Positions 47,304-60,800 of a stretch of DNA of 64,000 nucleotides are shown piece after piece. Below the pieces are notes generated by a model. The model was not told the origin of the DNA. It saw only the letters and a program-made list of their open reading frames with translations, and did not search any database. The stretch's first letter is position 1, and every line of letters begins with the position of its first letter. Source of the DNA: Phoronis australis. Its lineage: Eukaryota; Animalia; Phoronida. Location of the stretch: the NCBI GenBank assembly GCA_002633005.1, contig NMRA01000066.1, forward strand, positions 337,144-401,143. Direction: 5' to 3'. Both the position numbers and the translations under genes were made by a program.

Positions 47304-50300
47304 GTGGGTCGGATGTTACATCCAAGTGTGATGCTAATTGCTAAGCATGTTGTTTTGAGTTATTGTTTTGTTTCAAAGTTCTGTCCAATTTTTTATCATT
47401 ACGGTCAAACATTTAATTTGAATCAATAAATTCTTTGTTAATTCTCTGGCACAGCCTGTGCAGGACAGGCCAGTAGAATGTCATTTTGTTCAAAATCGCT
47501 AAATCAGAGTAGTTTGGCAGCAGCCCGTCTAGTCCGTAATATGCAGCAATGTTGTCTATGTACAATTTTAATGGATACTTTTTGGATGATCAATAAACAC
47601 TTCGCAGTTTGAGAGTTTCCATTCAATCAACTCTAAACATCTGTTTAAATATTAACATTAAGAAATTTTTATTTGGCTTGCACAGTTCTGTTCAAAAATG
47701 TTCACGATAATGCTTCTTGTTGGAATTTGGGGAAACTTCAAGGCAAATTTTCCAACTTAAAACCAGACCTCTTATGGGTTAGCTGGACTTTGCTTCCCAT
47801 TGAAAATAATGTGCCTATTTTTCACTACCAGTGGTTTCATTTCATGGCAAATGTATGTCAGGTAAACAAAAATCATTCTCCCAGGTGTCACACACTATAT
47901 GGATTAATGAAAATGCTGCGTTGACGGCAATGTTTGATAATTTTGTTATGTGCTGCCAATTTATTTTCAGACTGTTGAAACAAACTGCAGTGCTCGAAAT
48001 TTGAGAAACATGATGAACGAATGCAAAAATTCCCCATGCCGCAATCTTTATAATCAGTAAAATTCAATTTCTGATGGAATGCCTGTGTATCAAATTTTCA
48101 TATGATGATGGAATTTAACAATATCCATCAACTACAGTACGTGCCAAAAGTATTCAGACAAAACAACTCATAATTCCTCGTCATGACAACTGCGCGGAAG
48201 CCAGATTCAGGGACAGTGTTGTTTTCCCTCGTGACCCAGAATGAAATGGAATTGTAAGAAAATTTATTAGTAAGGTGGTTAAGGAGTTATGTAATAATAA
48301 TTTTGACCCCTTGGCACTTAGTACAAATCATTGTTGCTGTTAACTGAATTTTTTTTCTTATTATTATTACACATAATACTTTTTACAGGTACGTGAACAT
48401 GAAGAGAACGCATTCATACTCTCATTGCACACTGTGATGGGGGTCATTTACAACTCAAAAATAAACTGCCTCAAAATAAAAGTACCATAGGGGCCCATTT
48501 TTTGTAGATTATTGTAAAACAAGTATTTCTCAGTTTTGAAATAGTCAAAGACTTCCCTTTTAAAGTATGTCAAATTGGGTGTCCTGTTTTTAAGATGCTG
48601 TCAATAAATATATGAAATTTCCTTTGACAAATAATTATATTAATTACATCTTGCCCTTTAACCGAATTAGCCTTCATAACGAGGCAACACAATTTTTTGT
48701 AGTTACTTTTTGTGTACTACTGTACTGTAGCATGATCTGCACTGTGGAGCTGTCATAAAACAGCTCCTTGTGAGTTGTAAACACTATCTGTAGTCTGGTA
48801 GACAGCCTCTCAATTTAATTATTTTTGTATGAAATGTGTGAACAGTTACTGTTTAAAAGCTTACTGAATGTTCACATACAGGTAACAAATTTCAAAGCAC
48901 ACGCGTTAGTCCAGTCTGTTAATGTTGCATTATTGCACCTCATATGTCTTACCTTGCTGTTGCATTATTGCACCTCATATGTCTTACCTTGCTGTTGCAT
49001 TATTGCACCTCATATGTCTTACCTTGCTGTTGCATTATTGCACCTCGTATGTCTTACCTTGCTGTTGCATTATTGCACCTCATATGTCTTACCTTGCTGA
49101 TTGACGCTGAATCGGTTGATCATGAAAGAAATGAGACGACCTTCAAGTTATGGATGAGTGTTTTGTTGCTAGACAAGCTCTGTTGGAATGCAATTTTGTC
49201 ATCCAGTACTAAGCAGATCACGTAAAATGTATAAATTTTAATACCTTTTGCAGGAAAGTGTCAAATTTTCATTTGAGCTTGCTAAAGAGGTCAAAGGTCT
49301 TCCATTTGGTGCCTTGACCCCTGGATTCAGCATTCTGCAAAGGGTTGAGGAGTTCCTGGACAGGGCCCTACCACAGAATGCGCATGAGCTTGCCAATGAC
49401 AGACTCTTCATATCAGTGACCAACGTGGACACCAAGGAAAACCAGATGATTTCTACGTACAACTCCAGAAGCGAGGTTATCCAGGTGCCTTATTTGTTTT
49501 TTTTTTTACTCTTTTTAAAGTGGGGAGTCGATTGACTAATTGAACTCTGTAGTCAGGTGGTGATCATTTAGCGTTGGCCGTGGTGTTTTCTCAGTGAAAA
49601 ATATGACAGTAATACAACACTTAATGCTTAATGTACCACAAACCCTGTGTTGCTTGCACAGCTCATAAGTATAAAGGGAAATATCGCTAAACTTTCCAGT
49701 TAATTATGTTTAGTAACAGTACCACGGCAGACGTTGGTGTCCTCGTTAATGCCCCCTTTAACGGTGGCATTTTACTTCCAATTAGTCTTCCAGAGCAACT
49801 TTTATTGAAATTGAATGCCATAATAAGCAATGTGTATTGAAAGTATAAAGATGTCATTTAACTGTGTTACAGTCAAATATGAAGCTGCTAAGCTTACTGA
49901 TGCATTCAGACCCTGACAGCTGACATACTTACGTCAGAAAATCAATCAATCTACGTCCCAGGTGTACTGCACTATACTGAGGTCCCATGTGTACTGCACT
50001 ATACTGAGGTCCCATGTGTACTGCAATATACTGAGGTCTAGATGAGTTATAGAGTTAGAGTTATAAAAATTTGCCACCCTTTTTCACATTACTGTACCTT
50101 GTTATGAAGGACAGTAATAAACAAATAAATAATGATAATAAGACATTACTTACCTTGTTATGAAGGACAGTAATAAACAAATAAATAATGATAATAAGAC
50201 ATTACTGTACCTTGTTATGAAGGACAGTAGTAAACAAATAAATAAATAAATAATAATAATAATAAGAATTTGTATGGGACTTGCCGTATAAACACTTTGT

Positions 50301-53300
50301 TGTGATTTAGTATCACTCAAATAAAATCTGCTACACGATTAAATGATTTACAGGTTGTTTGTGTTACATGTGAAGAAATTTGTGGCAGTTTTATGATCAT
50401 GAACGCATAACCCCATATCCACTTATTAGTTGTAGCTGTGTGCTTCTGTTTTACAGTTTTGAGTTTTACATTCTACATTCGTTCAGTGCCAGTGTGATAA
50501 CAATTGTCTTAACCGGTGTTTATGTCATAATCTCACCTTCACCATATTATTATGATTTCTCACCATGCTTTGTTTGTTTCCATTTAGTGGTTGTTGTGTA
50601 GCTGTTATATTCCTGTGTATGCAGGCATTAAAGCACCTCAGGTCAACGGAAAGGTAACTATAGTCTTGCATTTTACAATAATTTTCTTTCAGCCGTGTTT
50701 AGAACACATTTTTATTTATTTTACTTAGAAGCTTGATTTGATCAATTACATCAGCTGTTCTTTTTTTATTTGGTGTACTTAGGTTTTCAATTGACATATT
50801 ATTTATGTTGACCCTGAATATATGTACTGTTGAACAGTGCGTGCACTTTTCAGGAAATGTTGTACATTTCAATTAAAAAGTTAATAAACCACAAACCTAT
50901 TTGGGTGAGCTCCCAAATGGTATTCCTTCAACATCTAATCAAATGTTTTCAAAATAACTTGAATTAAGTAACACTATGAAAATTTCAAAATATGCATTGA
51001 ATGTCTGGTTGGCACCAACAAAATAACTTCCACAAAGGGCATTAAACTTAGTTTTAAACGAATCATTGGTTAAAAACTGATAATCGTTCTGGACTCTATA
51101 CAAAATGTTCCTGTTTTGGGGATGCCTGTCAACTGATGAAACTCTTTGTGTTTTTTAAAACACAAAGGCTTAAAGCCTTTGAAAAATTGAGGTAAAAATT
51201 TGTGTTAAGGGCATTGATGATGTTCTATAGTTACTTTAATACCATAATCTTGTGACTATATTGCCATTACTATGTCCTTATAAGGCATGGTTGGAAGTCA
51301 ATGTTTTGCTTCACAGTCACCAGTTACTTAATGTGCAGACTTGGGAAAAAAGTCCAAAATATGTTGGATAGTTTTGAATATCCTCACAATAACTGTGTAA
51401 CTGTCCATAGTTTCTGCTATAAGAATATATTTCTGAATATTTGATGACTAAAAAATATTAACAGTGTCTTAAAAACGTTTAAGCATTTGTTTTAAATTTG
51501 TGTATGTTGGAGGCGAATTTTACCTTAAGCAAGCGGTGTTGAACCAGGATCGCTTCTGGGATCTCAAGTTCCTCAGCGTCCCATCATCAGCTCTCAATGA
51601 CATGTGCTGTTGTATAGGCACGCATTACATAATTTTCACATGACTGACATTTTTGGGAATAAATTTTGTTGCTTTGAACAAGAATTTGTTACAAAACTAA
51701 ACAATAGAGCATTGGTTTTGAACTATATGAAATGGTTTAAATGCAAGGAACTCCATCTCAAATTCTGTAATACTCAAACAGCTAACATTTCAGCCATTCA
51801 AAGGGGGAAAATCTGAGACACGTTTCCCTCTGACCTGAAACAAGTGAGCTAAATTACTTACAAATTGATTGGCGTGCCAAAGTTAAAAACTGACAAACGT
51901 GACTAAAAACCAAAAGGCTTGAAAACGGCCAATAGAGAATTCCCACATACGGTAACTGATGTTTATTCAAGTCAGCCCCAATTACTTGCACATCTGGCAC
52001 TTAAATAACGGATTTTGTGGGTATCAATAAAAATTAATGATCAAATTTTATGTAATATGTGGATATTGCATTTAAAAGCCACAGTATTTCAAATAAGTAA
52101 GTGTTTGAAATATAAATTATCTATTCTATTTCCTGTGAAACTGCGAAAGCTGCCCATTTTGACTTTATGCACTTTTCCCCAGATAAGCTCTGTAAGCAAA
52201 TTTTCAGTAAACTGCTTGTAAGCCCAATAAGCCCAAATTCAGCTGGTCTTCTCGATGGGTGTCTCTCTTCATTGTATCACAGTCTTGAAGTGGCCAAAGA
52301 ATCAATCAATTAGATTTGGGGTTGATTCCGCATAACAAATTCGTGTAGACCAGTTTATATACAGAGCAATAGCTTGTCTTTGGGTTCTGTTTTTGATGTA
52401 TCAAAAGTGCAGACTCCCGGATTTCTCTTAAACACCAATAGACATACACGTGGTGTTTTTGTGAATGTGCATTTGTGTGTAATCACTTTATGGGGGAGCA
52501 ACTGTGTTCTAGAGTTGTATCAATGGTTTCTGTTTCGTTATTAAGGTGTTGTTCTGAAACCTCTTCGACCCACCACTCACTTTGCCCAAAACCAGGTTCA
52601 ATTCCGTCACTGAGGTTATGAACTTGACAGTCCGCAAACTAAAGGTTATTCATTGTAAAGATATCTAACAGTAACATCTGGTATATTGTATTCAAGTATA
52701 TTAAGGAAAACAAAATGCTGTGGAATCATTTGCGTTACACATTAATGCCCTCTTACCTTAAGTTTACCATGGATCGTTCCATTGACACTCCCTAAAAAGC
52801 AAGACCTCGAAAGGTCACGGGAGTGAAAGGGAAGGGTATCACAAATACACCTGATACCTTATTGTCACATCAGCAATGTGGCATCCTCTGTGATTGGTCG
52901 ATGAGGCTGGAATGTTGAATTATGGAACACTATTCACTGTTTCCATTCCATAACCAAAGATTTGTTGCCACAAAAGCTTCATGAGTCTTTCGTTATGGAA
53001 CAACACAAACTTTTTTATGAAAGCATTGAAAGCAGAAGTCCTGATGTAGCTGACAAGGATTTACCATGTGACTGAAGTCAATGATGTTGAAGTTGGCCCA
53101 AACATTTTGCATATTTGCCCGTAAATAATGTGTTCAAAGAATTGCTGTGAGTAGCAATGAAAAATATAGCGTCAGTGTCATTCAACACAATCATTAGTAT
53201 TAAATTTTTGAGGAAAAATCCATGAAGATTGACAGTATTACCTTGATAAGTATACTCTGACAATGACAATAGGTTATCATTGTTACATCTCTATCAAAGA

Positions 53301-54092
53301 AGTGACCAATTTGTTAAGATAATTTATGTTCATACCAAATGATTTGCATTGTCTTATTAAATTGAGAATGCGCAAATGAAGTACTAAATTTACAAACAAC
53401 CCTGGGTCCTCGTGTGGGCTGGAAACTATCCGAGAACCAGTTACAATCTAGCAAAAGTCTTGTTTTGCAAGACTAATTTTATGTTAATGAGTATGGTAAT
53501 ATTTCATTGTTACCCCAATGTAAAAAGGCACACTTTTTATTATTTGTTTATTTCACTGTCAAATAATGATTGCGTAATATTTGGAATTACTAGGGTTATG
53601 TCCTCACTTGTTTTTATGTGTATCTTTGTTGTCTTTAAAACCGCAATTTATTTACAAATTGTTTCTCTTCCTGATTATACTTGTACATACAGTTCTCCAG
53701 GAAATCAGTAGGTGGCGTTTGCTACTAATTTAAATATTCAAGGTTTAAATCATGCATTGTTAATTTAATTGCTGACTCGGATGTATGACATATTTCAGAA
53801 ATACATGGATGGCGGGTTCACCAACAATTTGCCCACTTGTTTCTCTGATGGTAGAACGATAAGTCTTTCACCCTTCTGTGGGCGACAAGACATCAGTCCA
53901 AGAGATCCTGATGGATTGGGGATGTTCGTCACAGCCAAGAATCAACACTTCCAAATAAACTTCAAGAATATAGTCCGAGGCACGCACGCTTTGTTCCCTT
54001 CGTCTTCCAATGACCTTGAACTTTACTATCAAAAAGGAGGTCATGATGCGGTGAGATTTTTAAAAACGCATGGTTGGATTGAGGACAGGTGA
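47115..54092 (+). CDS. PNPLA4: Patatin-like phospholipase domain-containing protein 4-like (259 aa, 4 coding exons)
   Basis: Exons 47115-47303, 49254-49484, 50588-50653, 53799-54092, all phase 0. Motifs NLSFAGCGFLAVYHLGA, GASGG nucleophile elbow, YMDGG, SPFCGRQDISP, ALFP. Short patatin-only protein ending FLKTHGWIEDR, as in PNPLA4/GS2. Confidence 0.85.
48923..49099. repeat. 35-bp minisatellite, 5 copies (TGTTGCATTATTGCACCTCATATGTCTTACCTTGC)
   Basis: Head-to-tail copies with no spacers. Confidence 0.95.
49254..49484 (+). CDS. PNPLA4: PNPLA4-like exon 2
   Basis: FGALTPG..LPQNAHELANDRLFISVTN..ISTYNSRSEVIQ. Confidence 0.88.
49955..50038. repeat. 27-bp tandem repeat, 3 copies
   Basis: GTCCCA(G/T)GTGTACTGCACTATACTGAG. 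Confidence 0.9.
50086..50265. repeat. ~57-bp tandem repeat, 3 copies
   Basis: ACATTACTGTACCTTGTTATGAAGGACAGTAATAAACAAATAAATAATGATAATAAG. Confidence 0.9.
50588..50653 (+). CDS. PNPLA4: PNPLA4-like exon 3
   Basis: WLLCSCYIPVYAGIKAPQVNGK; TTTAG acceptor, GTAACT donor. Confidence 0.85.
53799..54092 (+). CDS. PNPLA4: PNPLA4-like exon 4 (DGG catalytic Asp, stop)
   Basis: KYMDGGFTNNLP..; TTTCAG acceptor. Confidence 0.88.
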   Translation, partial: KYMDGGFTNNLPTCFSDGRTISLSPFCGRQDISPRDPDGLGMFVTAKNQHFQINFKNIVRGTHALFPSSSNDLELYYQKGGHDAVRFLKTHGWIEDR

Positions 54093-55249
54093 TCGAGGAT
54101 TGATTTGCTTGTTAGCGGATTTTTGATTAAATGTTGTTATGGAGGATTCTTAACTTTTTACAAAAAGATTGTTGTTGTTTTGTGAAAAACATTTGAATTC
54201 TGTAGTATTGTACTATCTCTGTAGTTTTGGTAAACATTGGGTTGATGTTGGTAGAAAATTTTGCCATTGATTTAGGCACATTTTTCTTTTGTGGGTGTAA
54301 CCATGTTTCTAGTCTAATCAAACTTTATTTTTATTTTATTTATTGGGTATTTATTTTAGCCTGTGGAATTTCTTATCCCTTAATAATTTGAGCTTCAAAC
54401 AAATAACCAGACAACTGTGCAGATATTAAATTCAACTTTCTGAATCTTTGTTTTTCCTGTGATTTTTTTATTAAGTAGGTTTTGTATTATTAGGAAATAA
54501 AACAAGATGAGATCTTATAGTTTTCACAAAGTTTTTACTAATTGGCATTTGATTGCCATTGTTTTATACTTTTCTGAGCACAATGTGGTTATTGTTCAGA
54601 GGATGCAAAGACATGCGTTGTAGTTATATAACCCGGTTGAGCATCTTTCATACACTCATTGGTTGTATCCATAAATTACCAGTGTCCAAAGAGGTTACTT
54701 ATATTGCTTGTGCCTGTTCTGGAACATTCATGTCACTGGTCAGTTGGCTTGAGGTTGTAGCATTTGATTTTGCTTCACACTCACGGCTATTTGATTACAA
54801 CACTCACGCTGTCTATGTCAACTTGGTGCCACAATGTGTTGGAATTTCATTTTTTTAATAAATATCCGACTGCGTAATGTTATTGTAATTAATTGACTTC
54901 AATTAATGACACTCTTTTCAACACACAGGAAGAGTTTTATCAACCGGTTGACGACACTAACTTATAATCATGGTCCTATAAACCTGCCCATTTACAAACA
55001 ACTGCAGTTTATGTGTTAACTTTTATAAAACTTAAGGCATTCACGTGGTTCGGTTTATAGAAGTTCATTATTGCACCAGAAATATACTCTCGGGGTGCTG
55101 CGTATGGACAAAATAAATTGAACACAATCGGAGCGCAATGTCTTATTCGACGGTGACTTGTGGTGGCTGGCCCACTAAGAACTGGAAGTGCCGTGATGAA
55201 GTTGACTTGATCACTTCCTTATGTTTAATTTAGGCTCACTTAGGATTGT

Positions 55250-55301
55250 GTATCAAGAATTAAAAGCTCTTTTTAAAAAAAGAGCTTTTAATTGTTGATA
55301 C
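55250..55301. repeat. 52-bp near-perfect palindrome
   Basis: GTATCAAGAATTAAAAGCTCTTTTT-AA-AAAAAGAGCTTTTAATTGTTGATAC, one mismatch in the stem. Confidence 0.9.
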
Positions 55302-57537
55302 CACTGCCTGGTGTTTCTGTGATATTCTTTGATACATTATCGAAACCGGTTACATTAAATGTCTATGTGGACAGCAAAAACAATATCAATGAAAAGCAAA
55401 CCCGAGAAGTCGATGTCATTCCGGTCACCAGTAGATCCCTTTAAAATGTCACGCCAAAACTGTTGAATTTCCATTGGCGCTACAAATCAATGGCTTTCAG
55501 TTGAGGTAAAATAAGAAGTGTGTGAATTCTGCTATCGCACTTCCTACAGAGATACTTATTCACAAATTTCGTTTTTTAATAACAAGCAAGACTCAGTTAC
55601 CACACTGTGTCACAAAATATTTGTATTCATTAATTAACATTGATTTACATATTTCCAAGCCTATGTTACGTGACGGCATTCCAAACGCTTTCGTTGCCTG
55701 CGCACAGAAAAATAATGATTACAATAATGTTTCCCAATTGATCTAAGTAACTACTGTGTAACGTAAAACACTATCCTATAAACAATAGTAACTATATAGC
55801 TAACCACACAAGTCTTACTAATATTCTCTCTGTGAAATTAACATTAAAAACCAGTGCCCTGTTTATTGCCTCTTCACAACTGTGACCTCAATATAAAGAA
55901 TAGGTTTTAACCAGTAGGAACACATCGTGACAGTTTTTGTAATAATACAGCTACCGTGGTGGTTTTAATGACTACAATGCCATCTCCCCATCTCGATTAT
56001 CCGCACTTGGGTTAAAATTAGAAGGTATTAAAAGAGGTGTACGGAAGGTGCCGCTTGTATGGGTGACTTACGACCATTTTTTACAATAGGGTGCTCTTTT
56101 GATAAAATTTCTAACGAAAAGGTACCTTCCCAACACAATTTCGTAGAAAAGGGTTCACTTTTGGAGCTCGAATTTTCATCAATAAAGTTCTTTTGTTCAG
56201 CTACACAACTCTACTGATGGGTTTTCAATATTCTCTAGTGTGTCGAGGATTGTGTTTAAAATTTGTTGCAAAAGATGCACTCGTTATTGAAAACATCGTC
56301 TTTGCGGGTTTATGTGGGTTATAAATTCTGCTGTCCAAAAATCCCTTCTAAATGGTTTGTATGTGGAATTATAGGGGCCGTACGAAATGTTAACTTCTTT
56401 ATATGAGCCCCTTTCTATAGTGTCCTCTCTCTCAGTAGGTGGGTATCTTTGATTTTCCAGCTGCCCCCCAAAAATATAGTGGAGTATCCTCGTTGTGTCA
56501 AAACTCACCACTTACAGTGCTTGCTCATGCTTACATAGATTCGGATATGTCCTCAAAGTTAAGCTGTCTAGTAAAATTATCCGAACTGATCAACTTCATT
56601 GAAATTATTGCATTTTTTGGTGTTAAACAGACCAAAAATCCATAACAAGACATTTCCGAAGGATTCGGAACGTCCGTGCTCCAAAGGTGTCGGGCGCCAC
56701 TTTACTGGAGCAGGCCGCGGGTCCATTAGTACAGAAGTTCTGACTGATCAAAAGGCAAGGCTCACAAGCCCAGTAAACACAGTTCATTGATTTGCAAACA
56801 AGCAGTTCACCAGACATGTCTGTGAATCGTGGTAGACGGTCAGTGAGCCGTGCTTTCAACGTGAAGAACTGTGTTGCATGAATGCGACAACAATGTTGTA
56901 AATGGAACTGACGTGCTCCAGTTAGTATTGTGATTTCGTTTCCAAAAAAGAGGCCAGGGAGTTTTTGAGGAAAGTGCTAGGGCTCTTTCAGAAGCTTGTT
57001 TTGCTGAACGGAATTGTTGCAAGGGGCACTTTGCACGTACGCCGGGTTTGCATACACTTCAATTGTCGTACTTTAACAAGGAAGTGCTCGGAGCCTCGAT
57101 CAGTGCGATTGACAAGTGATGGCCCAGGAGAGGGAATTTTTTTCAAGCTCGGTTTCCAAAACTCATGTGGACTCTTTCGTGGTAAGGACTCCTTCGGAAA
57201 TCCCCGGTAACCAAAATTACGCAATAATTACCCCTACAAAATGGACTTCGAATTTTTTCTAATGATAGTCTTGTGTATCCGTTGTAACGGAGAACATGCA
57301 CTAAAGTGCACTACGAATCCCTGAAAAATCGCAACCCGACACCCCACTGAATTTTAGACAGCTTGAATACAATTCCATACTGTTTTTAACTTTCAACTAC
57401 ACTGTAAATGTTGGGACCAATTCGTTATGCTTGATGCGCAGACGTCTTGATTTCGCAAATGAGCAGCATGTACAGCCAGATGAACAGAGCGACCAAAGAT
57501 GCCGCTGGTAAGGGAGGTTACGAGATTGTGTCACGTA

Positions 57538-57800
57538 TTAAAACGATATAACAACTTCTCCCTTTGTCGCTTTTTTCAGCAGAACATCAGTTGTCATGCC
57601 GCCGAGAATGTCTAGTTGGGAAATACTCATCCCGAATTCCTTGTTCACCCAGTTCACCATGTCGACCGCCATTAGGGAATCTACACCGTAGTCGGTCAGT
57701 GGTCGACTTTTGTCGATGGCCTCCTTCGATATGTATAACAAATCACTCAATTTATTGATGAATTGCTCCTCTAGGTCTTCCTGGGACACCTTGGGGGCTT
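57538..57800 (-). CDS. PKS terminal exon: acyl carrier protein
   Basis: TTCTTACAG acceptor; PLTDYGVDSLMAVDMVNWVNKEFG phosphopantetheine motif; stop codon. Confidence 0.85.
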
Positions 57801-60800
57801 CTGTAAGAACAGTGCGTTTTATGCGTTCATACACGTTATTAGAAAATCTATTATCACAGACCTATACCAGGAGAGTTTCCCACAAGTTTTTTTCAGATTA
57901 AGTGCGCTAACAAAGTATGTCGAAACGTCGGGCCACGACGTCCTTATGTTGTCCTTGCAACAACATTGATTATATTGTCTCTGTCTATCAACTACTGACG
58001 CGTTCGCGGCAACGCCTCTGGGCACAGGCATGCATGCCGTTCTACATCGAATCCCAGGCATAACGCCTCTGTATTCCAACGATAATGAATAACTACTGTA
58101 TGTCGTTATATGGTCTCCAGTAACAGCGAACCATTTTCAAACTAATACTTGCTGGTTATGACTTTTAAGGATACATGTACACATAATGCAGATGCGTGTA
58201 GGCACATATATACGGTTTCAATAAAAAGGGGTTTACAGATACTTTTTCCTCAAAAATACATGTTCGCGATATCGCATTACAGCTTACCTACTTCGATGTT
58301 TACGAGAAGCAACTGTTACATAAACAACGTGGTTCATATCGTGTTTCCTGAAAAATGCGTCGATGCAAATGTACTTACCCGACACGGTGTTTTCTGTAGT
58401 CGCAAGATGGCGGAACTTCAGCATGTCCTTGTGAAGAAACAGCACTTGGTTCCAGATCTAAAACGTTACGTTACATCATGACAATCACGGTCAGTTTAGA
58501 TGTAGGCTTATTACCTTTAAAAAGGTGCATATGACCTGATGTCAACGTGTGCAGGCTACATAACCGCACCCGTTGCACGAAACACCAGTGAGAATGAAAC
58601 TCATTATAGCCCTGCTATGTGAAGGACGTTTTCAAGTCTACCAGAAAGTCGGGAAGCTTTATTAAATTTGTTTCTATGCGCTACAGGTAACTGATGACTG
58701 TCATCCAGGACTCAGTCGTGTATAGACAACCGTCGATATCGGTATCTGAGGTCGTGGTACCAGAAATATTCTTTGCTTCAAATCCCAATATCTCCAGGTA
58801 AACCACTCCTTTCTTGTTAACGAGCTGGACGTCTGCTTTAAGTCCTCCGTACCAGTGATCGGTAATTTTTGCATATGCTATCAACGCCTCGTTCGTTGGC
58901 AGCTTACGGGCGTATAGATTAAGTTTGTTGATCTTTGTAGGTAGGAATACAGTCGATCCTATACCCACAGCTGCAAGCGCCACCTGGAAGCAACCATCTA
59001 ATGTTGGTATGTGAATGTATTCTTCTGCTTTGGCGTTTTTCAAGAAACCTATTGCTTCCCCTTCGGAAACCACGATACCTTTAATCACTTGGAATTGGGG
59101 ACCATATTGGAGACCGAGGGACTTCATGTTCAAGTACAGTGACTGTGAATCAATTTCAATGAATGTTTGGTTCTTACATATTGTTTCGATATCCAAATTT
59201 TGTGGCCTTGTCGGGCAGGCTGTAACCTGTGCCTCGGCATGCAGACCCTGTGGCGTGAACAGTTTGACAGTTGAGCCGTTCCTTGTGAACGCTATCCTTG
59301 ACTTTTCTTTCTCGCCAAGGACAAGAACCTGTTTGAACTGAATATGTTGCAGACTTGATTTGTCGTTGTTCTCAATGCACATTTGAAGTACAAACTCTAT
59401 GTAACCGGCTCCTGGGAAGACAATGGAGCCGTCAACAACATGGTCAGCTAAGTATGGAAACGTGTCTATACCAATACACCCATTTTGCCCTTTAAATGTT
59501 CGATCGAACAAACCAAGTCGATTTTTCTTCATGAATTCAGATTCTGTTTGGAATTTCGTATGATCCCAGGCGTAAGTGGGAGCCTCCGCCCATTGAGAGT
59601 TATCATGATACACATTCGACCAGTTGATATTCACGCCATTGCCATATGCCGTAGCCAGTGAGCGAAGGACAGAAATTCGGTCATCTTTGAGACGCTGGCA
59701 AGACGGTATTAGTAGCGGGCTCGCAGTGTTGAAGTTGTTTACTGTTTGTGCCACAGATGACAGCAATGTCGGAGATGCACTATATTCCAGGAATATCGTA
59801 ATTTCCTCTGTTTCCAAAATGGAACTCGTTGCAGACAAGAAGTCTACGGGCATACGGATATTGTCCCACCAGTAATGTACGTCTAGACTACCGGTGACTT
59901 TACCTCCTGTCACTGAGGAATAAAATGAACAACTGGTTTTAGAGCTTGGGTTAATAACCGCTGACTTAAGAAACTCGTTTTTCATGGGTTCCATATGTGG
60001 CGTGTGAAATGCACACTGAACTCGAAGTTTCTTCGCTATGTTTGGCTTGTTATCAACAAGGTCTTGTACAAGCTTGGCATCGCCAGCTATTGTTACCGAG
60101 TTTGGACTGTTTATGCAAGAGACAAACAGGTCATTCTGAGCAGCACAGTAGTCCTGTGCATCATCAGGTGAAGCGCGATATGCAGCCATTGCCCCTTTGC
60201 CAATGAATTTGGCTTGCAAACGACTGCGGTGGTAAATGACAGCCACAGCGTCTTCTAAGCTCAAGGCTTCACTGGCAACGGCAGCGGCAATCTCGCCTAA
60301 GCTATGGCCGACAACTACATCCGGCCGGACTCCCCAGGACAGCCAGAGTGCATGAATAGCTACTTGGAAGAACAAAATTGAGGGCTGGGAAACTTCCACT
60401 TGACTTATAACAGACTCAGACGCCATATTTCCATAGTTGTCGTTTGTGAAGACCCCATGTGTGCGTATTAGGGAGTATCCACTCAAAGCACAAAATAATT
60501 TGTCGCACCGTAAAATTTGGTTTCGAAACACGGGCTCGGTTTTGAAAAGATGACGCCCCATATCACACCACTGCTGACCCTGTCCTGGAAACACTCCACA
60601 AATTCGGATGGTTCTGTTCTCGTTCGCGGTCCCAGTGATAACATGAGAAGTCGATGTGAGCAGATGTCGGTATTCTGTGGCTAACTGTCGGAAATTGTAC
60701 CCTGAATCGGCAAGGAACGCTGCTCTTTTATTGTAGTGTCGTCTTTTTGTAGCGATGAAACCAACAACACTTTCAGCATCCACGTCAGAGGAGAATTTCG

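Noticed and set aside
48923-49099. 35-bp direct repeats resembling a CRISPR array, plus three overlapping ORFs
   Set aside because: No spacers, head-to-tail minisatellite in a eukaryotic intron; the ORFs are repeat artefacts
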